Counted from the stretch's first letter, positions 31,203-41,458 are shown. The stretch: 64,000 nucleotides of DNA from Candidatus Latescibacterota bacterium (GCA_965208835.1 OZ242358.1:3008001-3072000); one strand, 5' to 3'. Program-made: numbers and translations. Notes: generated by a model not told the origin, from the letters alone.

Positions 31203-34200
31203 ATGAAAAATCGAGCAGGAATTCTCCTGTGTATCCTTCGTCCAGGCCCGGTCGCTGCCCTGATCGGCGTGCTTGGGTCGATCGCGTTTCACGATCCCGC
31301 CCAGGGCGCCGGTTTCTACCTCGAATGCTCTACTACAGAGGTTCGCGAAGGCGACTCTTTTGAAGTCACCCTGGTGTACACGGGCACCCTCGGTTCAAGT
31401 CAATACATAGGCGCGGCCTGGCACACCGAGGCGGGTACGGCCGACTCCACCGACTACGTGCCCCAGGTTACAGAAATCATCTGGGGCAGCGTGGAAGATT
31501 CGAGGGACGGCCGTATAAACCGCACCTTCAACACCCGTGAAGACACCCTGATCGAGGGTAACGAGGCCTTCACGGTTTTCTTCACACCCACGAGCAACGT
31601 CGTGAACATGAACAACCCCGATCGGGACAACCGGTGTGAGATCACCATCATTGACGATGACCCCGGCATCATTGACGTCCGCATCGCCTCGACCCCGGCC
31701 AGGGACGAAACCTACGGAGTGGGCGAAACCATCAGGATCGGGGCGACCTTCAGCCGCGCGGTGGAGGTGGACGGCAATCCGGCACTTGGCCTCCAAGTCG
31801 GCAGCAACTGGAGGTCCGCCCGTTATCTCTGGGGTTCAGGCACCAGGAGACTGGCGTTCGGCTACACGGTGAGATCCGAGGACAGAGACGAGGACGGCGT
31901 CTCAATGGGCGGAGGCTACCAGGACAGCGAAGGCCAGTGGCACAACTTCATCAACCACACCGCGGTCACGGCCGTGGGAACCGACACCGTGGCCTACCGG
32001 GCTTATGCCGGCATCGGCCACCAGTCGCGCCACAAGGTAAATGGCAACCTCACTCCCATCGGCACCGGAATGGAGATCACTTCCACACCTGCCAGTGGGG
32101 ACAGCACCTACCGCTACGGGGAGACCATCACCGTTGGCCTCACCTTCAGCGCGGCGGTGGATGTCGACGGGACGGTTCTGTTGAACGCTCGAGTAGGAAC
32201 CGGTGACAGCACCTGGCGCGGGGTCAGGTACCAGGAGGGCTCCGGTACCCGAACCCTGGTCTTCGGCTACACCGTGCAGTCGAGAGACCTGGATACCGAC
32301 GGATTCAGGGTGGAGGGAAGCTACGTCCAGGACGGTGTCCGCCGCGGTTTCGGCGGCAGCGGCACCGTAAAGGTCAAGGGCTCGGACACCGACGTCGTCC
32401 CACCGAACTTCTCCGGCCTGTCGGACCAGTCCGGGCACAAGCTGGACGGCCGGCCATACGCCAGAACGATCTCCATCACCTCCACCCCCACGGCCAGCAG
32501 CGATACCTACGGCAAGGGTGACACAATCCAGGTCAGCATCGACTTCGGCCAGGCAGTGGACGCCGCGGACACTGTATTCGCCATCATCAGGATGGGTTCG
32601 GTCTGGAACCAGCGGCATCCCCCCGTCGTTTCGGGCAGCGGCACCGACACACTGCGGTTCGAGTACGAGGTCGTGGAAGGGGACCGGGACAGCAACGGGA
32701 TCGACGCCTTCCTCCCCCACGGCCTGGGCATCAGGGCTGCGGGCACCGACATCGCCTACGTGCCCAACCCGGGCGGCGAGACGCCTTCCATGGGCGAAGA
32801 CCCGGCCCACAAGGTGGACGGCAGGCTCATAGGAAACGACACCCGGGCGCCCACCATCTCTTCGATAACCTTCACCGACAGTCCGGGTCCGGGTGCGGAT
32901 TCCACCTACGTCGCCGGCGACTACATCGGGGTCTGGGTGACTTTCAGCGAAAGCGTGCTCGCCACAGGTACGCCCCAGGTGGAGCTCGACATCGGCGGCA
33001 CGGCGAGGATGGCCGAGTTCGGAAAACTGTCCGGCGGAAGGACGATCGATCCAAAGGTCCAGAGCGTCGCCAATGCCACGGTGATCTTCGGCTACACCGT
33101 GCAGGAAGGGGACGTCGACAGCGACGGCATCTCTATCGGCGAGAACAAGGTGTCTCTGAACGGCGGCACCATCAAAGACGGGGCCAACAACGCCGCGGTG
33201 CTGACTCACAGCGCCGTGGCGACCGACCCGGGACACAAAGTGGACGCCCGGGACGATACAGCGCCGACGATATCTTCGGTGGCGATTACCTCCAACGCCG
33301 GGGACGACTCCACCTACGCCATCGGCGACAGCGTCCGGGTGACAGTGACCTTCAGCGAGGACGTGACGGTGAACGTGGGCGGCACCCTGCAGTTGCTGGT
33401 CGAGCTGGATGTCGGCGGCACCGCCAGGAACGCGGACTACCACAGCAGCGATTCATCGGCTGTCGTCTTCAACTACACAGTGTGGTCGGGCGACACGGCG
33501 GAGTCGGGCGACTCCGATTCAGACGGCATTGCCATCGGCGCGGACAAGATCAGCCTGGACGACGCCACCATCCGGGACGAGGCGGACAACGACGCGACCC
33601 TGACTCACGATGCGGTGGCCGCCGATGCCGCTCACAAGGTGGACGGCATCCGGCCGATTTTCTCAAGCGCCGCGACCTCCACGGACGGCACGACACTCTC
33701 CGTGACTTTCAGTGAAAACGTCACCATACCCGCCCTGCTCCGATCCATCAGCACGATGGTGAACGTCGCTCTCGACCGTTTCTTCATTGCGGTCTTGGGC
33801 GTTACGGTGGACGATGACGAGGTGGTCCCCACCGCGGCCAGCCTTTCCGGGACCAACCTGACGATGACCCTAGGTGATACGGTCGCAACGGGCCAGGAGG
33901 TGAATGTTGCCTACAACAACATCTTCGCGCGCGACGCAGTGGGCATCTTCATCGACGGCGCCGGCAACGCGCTCCAGAACTTTTCCAGCCAGGACGTCAC
34001 CAACAATTCCACGGTGGCCGACTCCGGCGGGGACGACCTGCCGGAGCTGACGCTGAGCAAGACAGAGACGCCGGTCACCGAGGGGGCCAGCGCCACCTAC
34101 ACGATCGCGCTGGGAACCCAGCCCACGGCGGACGTGACCGTGACCATCGCGAGTTCTTCGACCAAGCTGACGGTCGATCCCGAGGACCCCACCTTTACCA

Positions 34201-34355
34201 CCGATAACTGGAACACGGCGCAGACGGTGACCCTTACGGCCGGACAGGACGACGACGACCTGAACTATTGGGTGAGCGTATCCAACTCGGCCAGTGGCGG
34301 CGGGTACGACGGGGCGTCCGCCAATGTGTACGTGGTCATTCACGACAACGACTGA
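31203..34355 (+). CDS. Large secreted Ig-like repeat protein (Calx-beta-like ends, five ~130-aa repeats, SwmB-like domain)
   Basis: Signal peptide; five ITS.P...TY..G.TI.V..TFS...L.F.YTV...D.D.DG...HKVDG units; C-terminal TFTTDNWNTAQTVT. Confidence 0.75.
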   Translation: MKNRAGILLCILRPGPVAALIGVLGSIAFHDPAQGAGFYLECSTTEVREGDSFEVTLVYTGTLGSSQYIGAAWHTEAGTADSTDYVPQVTEIIWGSVEDSRDGRINRTFNTREDTLIEGNEAFTVFFTPTSNVVNMNNPDRDNRCEITIIDDDPGIIDVRIASTPARDETYGVGETIRIGATFSRAVEVDGNPALGLQVGSNWRSARYLWGSGTRRLAFGYTVRSEDRDEDGVSMGGGYQDSEGQWHNFINHTAVTAVGTDTVAYRAYAGIGHQSRHKVNGNLTPIGTGMEITSTPASGDSTYRYGETITVGLTFSAAVDVDGTVLLNARVGTGDSTWRGVRYQEGSGTRTLVFGYTVQSRDLDTDGFRVEGSYVQDGVRRGFGGSGTVKVKGSDTDVVPPNFSGLSDQSGHKLDGRPYARTISITSTPTASSDTYGKGDTIQVSIDFGQAVDAADTVFAIIRMGSVWNQRHPPVVSGSGTDTLRFEYEVVEGDRDSNGIDAFLPHGLGIRAAGTDIAYVPNPGGETPSMGEDPAHKVDGRLIGNDTRAPTISSITFTDSPGPGADSTYVAGDYIGVWVTFSESVLATGTPQVELDIGGTARMAEFGKLSGGRTIDPKVQSVANATVIFGYTVQEGDVDSDGISIGENKVSLNGGTIKDGANNAAVLTHSAVATDPGHKVDARDDTAPTISSVAITSNAGDDSTYAIGDSVRVTVTFSEDVTVNVGGTLQLLVELDVGGTARNADYHSSDSSAVVFNYTVWSGDTAESGDSDSDGIAIGADKISLDDATIRDEADNDATLTHDAVAADAAHKVDGIRPIFSSAATSTDGTTLSVTFSENVTIPALLRSISTMVNVALDRFFIAVLGVTVDDDEVVPTAASLSGTNLTMTLGDTVATGQEVNVAYNNIFARDAVGIFIDGAGNALQNFSSQDVTNNSTVADSGGDDLPELTLSKTETPVTEGASATYTIALGTQPTADVTVTIASSSTKLTVDPEDPTFTTDNWNTAQTVTLTAGQDDDDLNYWVSVSNSASGGGYDGASANVYVVIHDND

Positions 34356-34418
34356 GCGGTGTGGCCCGATGTCGATGGCGCCGGCATTTCACGGAGGCAA
34401 CCCACCCAAGGCTGCAAC

Positions 34419-35669
34419 ATGAAACGATCGATAATCCTCTTAACCGTGATGATTCCGCTTTCCCTGTGGGCAGACTCTGACACGCCTGCTCCGCTGGATA
34501 CGTGGCAGTTGGTGGAAAACAGCCTGAGGTTAAACGTCCAGGCCATCATCTTTCAGGGAGATGGGGAGGAAGTCGTTCCTGCTTCGCCCTTCATCACACT
34601 TGAACTGTTTAAGGGCAACTTCTATAAACTGTCCATCATCTCACGGGCGGACGAGGGATACCGGTTTCCGAATTTTCTTCCGGGACCGCCCGTTCACACT
34701 TCCTCGCCTTCCGCGAGGGCTACGGCCGGGTTCGGCTATTACACCATCCATTCCGATACACTTCGCTTTAATGCCCATTACGTGAAGCTTTTCGCAGACG
34801 GCGAGGACCTGGAGGAAATTGTCAGGGAGTCCAATGACGCGAGGGCGATCAACGAATACAGGATCGTGATTTCCTTCGTCAATGGGTTTTTTCTGGAACT
34901 CTTCAATGAACTTTACGCCTTTCGCTCTGGTGACCGGCTGGTCTTTGCGCTGCCACGTGACAGCGCCTTTGCGGCTGCGGCGCCGGATGCCGAAGACGGT
35001 ATCGTGTGGGCACTGCGCAGGTCTGGCGGGCCTCCGTCGACGTCCACAACCGTTGTGGAGGCCACCGTGGTCGGCAACCGGGTGGAGGGCCTCACGGTGG
35101 AGTTCGCGCGGTCGATCTCAGGTCTTGCGGCGCACTATGCCTGGCGGGGAGTCACCGACGAAAGCGGCCGGGTAGACCTGGACATCTCCACCCTTGACCG
35201 GTCCGGCGTCACCGGCTACTACAGCGCGCGGGTCCTCAACGGTACGGGTACGATTCTGGGACAGTGGTACAGCATACCCCTCAATGAGGATCGCCGCCAG
35301 GTCCTGGAACTGACGCCGGGCGAGAGCGCGCGGGTGGTGGAGAGCCACGCTCTGAACGCGGCGAAGATCGTCGCGCTTGGGAGCGAGCAACCTGAAGCCG
35401 GTCTGGCGCCCAACTTTCCAAACCCGTTCAATAGCAGCACGCTGATTGTCTACCAGTTGGCGGACCCCGGTCCGGTGCGGCTGGAGATCTTCAATTCTCT
35501 TGGACAACACCTGCGCACGCTGGTAGCCGACACCCAGGCCGCAGGCCGGTACGTCGTCCAATGGGACGCGCGGGACCGGCGCGGCGATGACGTGGCCGCG
35601 GGCGTCTATCTGATGCGCCTGCTCCATCCGGGAGGCGTGGACGCCCGGCGTATGCTGTATCTCAAGTAA
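34419..35669 (+). CDS. Secreted protein with C-terminal FlgD-Ig / CTD-like domain
   Basis: Signal peptide; NFPNPFNSST.I.YQL...WDARD..G..VAAGVY. Confidence 0.8.
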   Translation: MKRSIILLTVMIPLSLWADSDTPAPLDTWQLVENSLRLNVQAIIFQGDGEEVVPASPFITLELFKGNFYKLSIISRADEGYRFPNFLPGPPVHTSSPSARATAGFGYYTIHSDTLRFNAHYVKLFADGEDLEEIVRESNDARAINEYRIVISFVNGFFLELFNELYAFRSGDRLVFALPRDSAFAAAAPDAEDGIVWALRRSGGPPSTSTTVVEATVVGNRVEGLTVEFARSISGLAAHYAWRGVTDESGRVDLDISTLDRSGVTGYYSARVLNGTGTILGQWYSIPLNEDRRQVLELTPGESARVVESHALNAAKIVALGSEQPEAGLAPNFPNPFNSSTLIVYQLADPGPVRLEIFNSLGQHLRTLVADTQAAGRYVVQWDARDRRGDDVAAGVYLMRLLHPGGVDARRMLYLK

Positions 35670-35738
35670 CGTTCTTGATTTGTCTTCCTGCAAAGGAATG
35701 AAACACGTAGTCCAAACAACCGACCCAGGACTGGAGGT

Positions 35739-36503
35739 ATGACAATGAAATACGCGCTGTCTTTAGCCATCGTCGCGATGATGTGCCTGGCATCAAGCGT
35801 CGCGGCGGACGAGGATCCCTTCGAGGGTCAGGTGGTCAGTCTGAAGGCCCTTCCGATTCAGAAAGCGCAGGTCGTGCTTTACAGGCTCGACGACCCGCGC
35901 CAGCGGTTGACGACTTTAACCGACGAAAATGGGGCCTTCACGCTACCGTTGCGAGATCTTGTCCCGGAAGTGCCCAACACCCTGCTGCAAAACCACCCCA
36001 ATCCGTTCAACCCCTCCACCCTCATTCCCTTTCAATTATCGGAGCGAGGGCACGTGCGCATGGACGTATACAATATCCTCGGTCAGCGTGTGGTCACGCT
36101 GATCGACGAGAAGCGCCCGGCCGGGCTCCACAGAGTGCAGTGGGACGGCACCGATAGGCTCGGCAGGGGCGTTAGCGCCGGGGTCTACATCTACCGGCTC
36201 AGTACGGGGGACTGGCACGACGCGCGCAAGCTGATGCTGCTCGATGGCGCGTCAGGACCTGCAGGCGGCGGTGCCGTGAGTTTCTCGGAAGAGGAAGCGC
36301 GCGCGACGTACGGCGTGAAGATCTCGGGCGAGGAAATCATTCCTGAGACCTTCACGTGGAGCCCGGATGCGGGTCCACTGACGGCGGAGGTGAAAAGCAT
36401 CGAAGACATCCTGCCGCCAGAAGGCGAGGACTCCGAACAGGAAGCCAATCCCTTCTCGAAAACCAGCCTCGCCTCCATAATCCAGGTTGTTTCCGGGCAC
36501 TGA
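35739..36503 (+). CDS. Secreted protein with internal FlgD-Ig domain, possibly truncated
   Basis: GGAGG RBS; signal peptide; QNHPNPFNPST...WDGTD..GRGVSAGVYIYRL. Confidence 0.72.
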   Translation: MTMKYALSLAIVAMMCLASSVAADEDPFEGQVVSLKALPIQKAQVVLYRLDDPRQRLTTLTDENGAFTLPLRDLVPEVPNTLLQNHPNPFNPSTLIPFQLSERGHVRMDVYNILGQRVVTLIDEKRPAGLHRVQWDGTDRLGRGVSAGVYIYRLSTGDWHDARKLMLLDGASGPAGGGAVSFSEEEARATYGVKISGEEIIPETFTWSPDAGPLTAEVKSIEDILPPEGEDSEQEANPFSKTSLASIIQVVSGH

Positions 36504-36554
36504 AATCCGATAACTATCCGGTCTATGGTCCCGTGAGGATATGTGGCCCGACCA

Positions 36555-36597
36555 AAAGAGTAACGGCGCGGTCTTGTGTACCGCGCCGTTACTCTTT
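36555..36597. terminator. Perfect 18-bp stem-loop, likely bidirectional terminator
   Basis: AAAGAGTAACGGCGCGGT-N7-ACCGCGCCGTTACTCTTT. Confidence 0.7.
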
Positions 36598-36855
36598 GCC
36601 GGGCCCAGATGGCCTTTGGGATATGGTTAACTGGATTTTTTTCATCACATGCGGACAGCATGTCGATTCATTCGTTACGTAAATCCCTGCGATGACCTGC
36701 AAGACGTCCTGCTTCCATCAATTATTGACAAAGCCCTGAATTCGCGCATCCTGTCTGCAACGCACGAGAGTGACGGCGTCTGTTGCGTCAGGCACAATTC
36801 AGGTGCGCAGCGTTTTGGGTTGACAATTTGCATTCAAAATGCATATTTTCCAGTA

Positions 36856-38079
36856 ATGGCCCAACACTACATCAAACGATCTCTTGAACCTGTCCTCAGA
36901 AAGGCGGCCGGCGAGTTCCCGGCCGTCATCCTGACCGGTCCGCGCCAATCCGGTAAGACAACACTCCTTAAACGATTGTTCGGCCGTCAGTTTCGCTACG
37001 TATCCATAGAGCCCCCGGATGTTCGAGCGGCTGCTATCGAAGATCCGCGAGGATTCCTGGAGTTGCATCCACCACCGGTCATTTTTGACGAGGTGCATTA
37101 CGCGCCCGATCTCCTTCCCTACATCAAGGAGAAGATTGACGCATACCGCAACCGGCACGGTCAATATTTATTGACCGGCTCGCAGAATCTCCTGCTCGCC
37201 CAGAAGGTCACCGAGTCGCTTGCAGGCCGCACTGCCGTTCTTCGCCTGCTGCCGCTGTCGATGCGTGAATCCGAAGGCCGTCCTCAGACTCCCTTCGTCT
37301 GGGAACGCGATAGCCAGTCTTCCGCGAGTCCGACTTCCGGTTTCGGCGAACTGTGGCGGGACTTCCTTCAAGGCGGCTATCCGGAACTCGCGAACCAGCC
37401 TCATCGGGACGTCTCCCTCTGGCATTCCAGCTACATACAGACCTATCTCGAGCGGGACGTGCGCACGCTGCGGCAGGTCGGGGACCTGACTCAGTACCAG
37501 AATTTCCTTCGCGTACTGGCGGCCCGAAGCGCCCAACTCCTGAACCTTGCCGATGTCGCACGCGACCTCGGGGTTGCCGTCAATACGGTCAAAGCCTGGC
37601 TGTCCGTACTCGAAGCCACCTATCAGGTCATCGTCCTTCGACCGTACCACGCCAACATCGGGAAACGGCTGGTCAAATCACCGAAAGTCTATTTCAGCGA
37701 CGTCGGGACACTCTGCTACCTGGTAGGTCTAAAGGACCCGAACCATGCTGCATCGGGGCCCATGGGCGGCGCGGTATTGGAGACGGCGGTTCTGTCAGAA
37801 ATCGTTCGGACGTTGACCCACCGTGGAATAGACCCGCGGGTGTATTTCTGGCGTACCCTGGCGGGAACCGAAATCGATTTCGTGGTCGAAGCAGGCGAAG
37901 GGCTCGTCCCCATAGAAGTAAAGCTGTCCGCCACGCCCCGTCCGGCTATGGCCGCCTCCATCAGGAGGTTCCAGGACGATATGAAGGGAAGCGCCGAACG
38001 CGGATACGTCGTACACCCGGGAGACATCCGCCTACCACTTGCGCCGGATGTTACCGCTATTCCCTTAACCGATCTCTAA
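36856..38079 (+). CDS. AAA_14 ATPase with DUF4143 (PD-(D/E)XK-like) C-terminus
   Basis: LTGPRQSGKTT, FDEV, LLTGS, GGYPE, KSPKVYFSD.G, EIDFV...PIEVK. Confidence 0.9.
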   Translation: MAQHYIKRSLEPVLRKAAGEFPAVILTGPRQSGKTTLLKRLFGRQFRYVSIEPPDVRAAAIEDPRGFLELHPPPVIFDEVHYAPDLLPYIKEKIDAYRNRHGQYLLTGSQNLLLAQKVTESLAGRTAVLRLLPLSMRESEGRPQTPFVWERDSQSSASPTSGFGELWRDFLQGGYPELANQPHRDVSLWHSSYIQTYLERDVRTLRQVGDLTQYQNFLRVLAARSAQLLNLADVARDLGVAVNTVKAWLSVLEATYQVIVLRPYHANIGKRLVKSPKVYFSDVGTLCYLVGLKDPNHAASGPMGGAVLETAVLSEIVRTLTHRGIDPRVYFWRTLAGTEIDFVVEAGEGLVPIEVKLSATPRPAMAASIRRFQDDMKGSAERGYVVHPGDIRLPLAPDVTAIPLTDL

Positions 38080-38111
38080 AGCGACATCAATCAGATGTCC
38101 CCATCGGTCGG

Positions 38112-39626
38112 TCAAAGATTCGCCGTTTGCGCAATGGCTTCCACGAATTCAGGGGCTTCGATATCTTCGAATCTCTTTTCGATGATTGAGACCGCGCCGG
38201 TTTTCTGCCAGGTCTCCCAATGAATCCGGAGGGCCGCGTGCACGTTTTCGGCGAGGTGTTCAGGATCCGGGTGAACGATCACGAACCTGCGTCCCTCCCT
38301 TCCGGCATGCCAATCGATCAGCTCATTATTGACGCCCCTGTCACCAAAGCCGTAGCCGCAAACGACCATTGTGTTCGCATTCCCAATGGTCGATCTGAAG
38401 CAATGCCGGAGTTCGCGAAATATCCCTGAACCATAGTCCGAAAGTTTGTTAAAAGCGCCGACCAGCAGCATCCTCGGGACATCTTCCGCGTACAGAAAGG
38501 CGCCGTCAACCTCGATGCGTTGGGGATATAGATTTGGCGGAATGCGTCTGACTCTCCCGTCCCTGTAGCGGTACCAGTCTATGGATCCATGCAATTTCAG
38601 GAATGGAATCTTCACCTCCGAAGTGAGATCGCCGTTCCAGTGTGAAATGTCATCCTCGCCGCCCGAGAATCCGTCGGCGAGCGCAACATTCCGGTCCTTC
38701 AAGAAAGCCTCGACGTGGGTGTCGTGACAAAGCGTCGATATACTGGTTACGTTGAAGGCCTTGCAGGCGTATTCGACGGCATTCACCTGGCGGATGCGGT
38801 CCGGTTCGGGACGATAGAGCAGAAGGCTTCGCCTGACGACGTCCGCTATGTAGTTGCACGTTTCCCACAGTAAGCCACCCAGGTCGTCCGGAACAACCGG
38901 TTCGGGTGAATGTACCCCGGCTTCGCTTCTATCCTCTACGGTATCGGTGAGCGACAGCCAGTCGTCTCTCAACCTTTCCACAAACCGGCGAAGCGCCGGA
39001 TTCTCTGTTTCACCCAACTCATAATCCAATGCCTGCCGCGCCAGGAAGTAAATGTCCTCGTAATCGGCCTTCCTGTCGGTGTGTGTGGACAGGTAAGTCT
39101 CAGCCTCTTCATGAAGTCGCTTCACCATGCTCAGGGGTAACCTTACTTCCGCAGATTTCGGTTCTTCTCCGCCGGTTATGTAGAAACACCCGTCGCCGTG
39201 CCGCGTAACGCCCCGCCCGCCAACAACCTGCTCGGTCAGGTCTTGCATGGACGGAAAGCCAGCCGCTTCCGACGCGCCGGCGCCCAGAAATACGGCGATG
39301 TTGGTATTCCCGTAAACACCATGTCCTTCCCACAACGTAGGCTGAGGCTGATAGCGCTCCACCTCGATGCGGTCTTCCTGCTCCCGGGCCTGCAGGAGAT
39401 CGTAGGCCGTCTGCCGGCGCAACCAGTACTCGGCATCGGACCATCCGGCCTTCTCCAAACGAATCGCCATCTCGGGCGAGATGCCCGCGTGCCCGTTGAG
39501 CACCCGGGACAGGGTGTGACGTGCCACGCCCAACACCCTCGCGGCGTCGGTGACGTTCAAACAGAGCGGGTCGAGCCAGTTCTCGACAATGCTGAAACCG
39601 GGATGAGTCGGTTTCTCCATAGCCAT
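38112..39626 (-). CDS. HigA-type HTH fused to a SIR2-like (SIR2_2) domain
   Basis: aa 1-97 HigA (PTHPG...ISPEMAIRL...QTAYDL); then [35 protein letters not shown]. Confidence 0.85.
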   Translation of the reverse strand: MAMEKPTHPGFSIVENWLDPLCLNVTDAARVLGVARHTLSRVLNGHAGISPEMAIRLEKAGWSDAEYWLRRQTAYDLLQAREQEDRIEVERYQPQPTLWEGHGVYGNTNIAVFLGAGASEAAGFPSMQDLTEQVVGGRGVTRHGDGCFYITGGEEPKSAEVRLPLSMVKRLHEEAETYLSTHTDRKADYEDIYFLARQALDYELGETENPALRRFVERLRDDWLSLTDTVEDRSEAGVHSPEPVVPDDLGGLLWETCNYIADVVRRSLLLYRPEPDRIRQVNAVEYACKAFNVTSISTLCHDTHVEAFLKDRNVALADGFSGGEDDISHWNGDLTSEVKIPFLKLHGSIDWYRYRDGRVRRIPPNLYPQRIEVDGAFLYAEDVPRMLLVGAFNKLSDYGSGIFRELRHCFRSTIGNANTMVVCGYGFGDRGVNNELIDWHAGREGRRFVIVHPDPEHLAENVHAALRIHWETWQKTGAVSIIEKRFEDIEAPEFVEAIAQTANL

Positions 39627-39639
39627 GATATTTACCCCG

Positions 39640-39880
39640 TGTGGGTTGTAACAATACAGCTCGACGCCGTACGCCGCGCTTCAAGCGAAAATTCCGTTCA
39701 ATTCTTAGGTCGACTGATTCACAGCAAGTTACAATCCCGAGGGCTCGGGCCGGGGAGTGACTTCGAAGAGATTCGTCCGAGGGAGGGCGTCGTGCAGGGC
39801 ATCTCCGGGCGAAGATTTCCCGGAATATGCGTGTTCTCGCGGACATAAGCGACCGCGTTGATGGAAAACGTTACACCTCA
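39640..39880 (-). pseudogene. Possible decayed higB remnant
   Basis: Lies between a higBA-type promoter and the HigA start; FR...YGVELYCYN across a frame break resembles the HigB end FRF...YDVELIDYH. Confidence 0.4.
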
Positions 39881-39883
39881 ATG

Positions 39884-39912
39884 AATGTATCGCGTACCGG
39901 TACGCATGTCAA
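39884..39912 (-). promoter_or_regulatory. higBA-type promoter with palindromic operator
   Basis: TTGACA-N17-TACATT with GCGTACCGGTACGC palindrome at 39892-39905. Confidence 0.75.
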
Positions 39913-40093
39913 GTTGTTTATCGCCGATGGTTATGGATTTACATCCCTAAGGCCAATCCACGGTTGGTGTAGACTGCGAATTATTCATTTTGTCTCGTGC
40001 TGCGTTTTGGGTATCTTGGTCAGGGAGCGCAGCGAAATCATCGAATTTGGTGTGTACCGTGGCACTTCGGACCGTACATTAAAAAACGCCTGA

Positions 40094-40345
40094 ATGACAC
40101 GCCCGACTCAGCTCCGACGGCAGATTCTGGAAGGTGGATCGGATGCGAACATCCGATTCGACAACTTGCGCTCGTTACTAGGTAGGCTGGGGTTCGCTGA
40201 ACGAATACGAGGAGCCCATCACATATTCAGAAGAGAAGGTGTCGTTGAACGACTGAACCTGCAACGCGATGGAAGTCACGCGAAGCCTTATCAGGTCCGA
40301 CAGGTTCGGTCCGTTATCGTGAAATATGGCCTGAGGGAAACCTGA
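40094..40345 (+). CDS. hicA: HicA family toxin
   Basis: IRFDNLRSLL..LGF.ERIRGAHHIF...AKPYQVRQV. Confidence 0.88.
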   Translation: MTRPTQLRRQILEGGSDANIRFDNLRSLLGRLGFAERIRGAHHIFRREGVVERLNLQRDGSHAKPYQVRQVRSVIVKYGLRET

Positions 40346-40347
40346 CA

Positions 40348-40560
40348 ATGTACAAGTACGAGATCATCCTGTATTGGAGCAACACCGACAACGCCTATGT
40401 GGCTGAAGTTCCTGAACTGCCCGGATGCATGGCCCACGGACAGACCCAGGAAGCCACGCTCGTACATGTCAACGAGGCGATCGAATTGTGGATTGACACT
40501 GCTCGGGAGTTTGGCGATCCAATACCTGAACCAAAAGGCGAACGACTGATGCTCGCATAG
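40348..40560 (+). CDS. hicB: HicB family antitoxin, short form
   Basis: AEVPELPGCMAHGQT.E...EAIELWI...GDPIPEP. Confidence 0.92.
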   Translation: MYKYEIILYWSNTDNAYVAEVPELPGCMAHGQTQEATLVHVNEAIELWIDTAREFGDPIPEPKGERLMLA

Positions 40561-40834
40561 CGGTCATTCTCAAGATCGATCCCCGTCCTCCATCTTGGCG
40601 GTAAGGTCGAATACGCTTCCTGCTATATTCGGCATTCAAGTTCCCAGACTGCACCTCGGAATTTGGTGATCGGCTGATCAAATTACGTTTCTGCTCGACG
40701 AAAACTCCATCCAATAGACATAAGACCCCGTTGGAACATTCCATCGGGGTCTTTCTTGTAAATGCACTATTGAGGTGTAGTGTCGATGGTGATTGCTCCA
40801 AAGTCGTATCGATCCCCGAGTTCGAATACGCGAT

Positions 40835-41226
40835 TCACAGCAGCGTCACACCGTCGACCCGCGCCGCCATTTTGTCGAAGGTGTAGAGCGGATGCCTCCG
40901 GACCGCGCGGCCGCTGCCAGGATCATCAGATCGGAGCATCCGGCGCCGGACGCACGATACCGCAACGCCGCGCGAGCCACGTCGCCGGCCTCTTCAATGA
41001 CCAGGCCTTCAGTTGCCACAAGCTCCAACAATGCCTTCGAAATCCGGACGGGTGAGAATCCGTATGCCCGTTCCAGCACCAACGCAAATTCGACGATTAC
41101 CTCGCGGCAAACGAATCCTGGACGCTCCAGTGTAAGTGCCTCCAGCAGCTCGCGGGCCGCCTCGGCCTGTTGCTCGTCATCGCGCACCAGAACGCGAACG
41201 AGCACATTGGTATCAAGACCGATCAA
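40835..41226 (-). pseudogene. vapC: PIN-domain VapC toxin with C-terminal frameshift
   Basis: MIGLDTNVLVR start; the canonical tail LYTFDKMAARVDGVTLL* is in another frame after ~40905. Confidence 0.75.
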
Positions 41227-41370
41227 TTGCCGGTTGCTCCGTCTGATACCGCCCGCTCCATTTCCTCGACGGTCACGACGGCGACATGATGCTCAAGCAG
41301 GCCAAATAGCCGACTGATTGGCCGCAGGGGCAAGAGTCTCACGTCGCCGTCGGTAATGACGTACTGCGGA
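41223..41370 (-). pseudogene. AbrB-type antitoxin C-terminal remnant
   Basis: YVITDGDVRLLPLRPISRLFGLL...VTVEEMERAV; stop overlaps the vapC start; N-terminal half missing. Confidence 0.6.
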
Positions 41371-41458
41371 CCAGATACACCAGACCCCGACGGGTGATCC
41401 CATCGGGGTTTATTCATCGCTTCAGAAGAAGCAGACAACGGGTCGTTTCCAAAAGAAT

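Noticed and set aside
40570-40830. Possible HNH nuclease remnant (SNGVLCL on the minus strand)
   Set aside because: Too degenerate to support without a search
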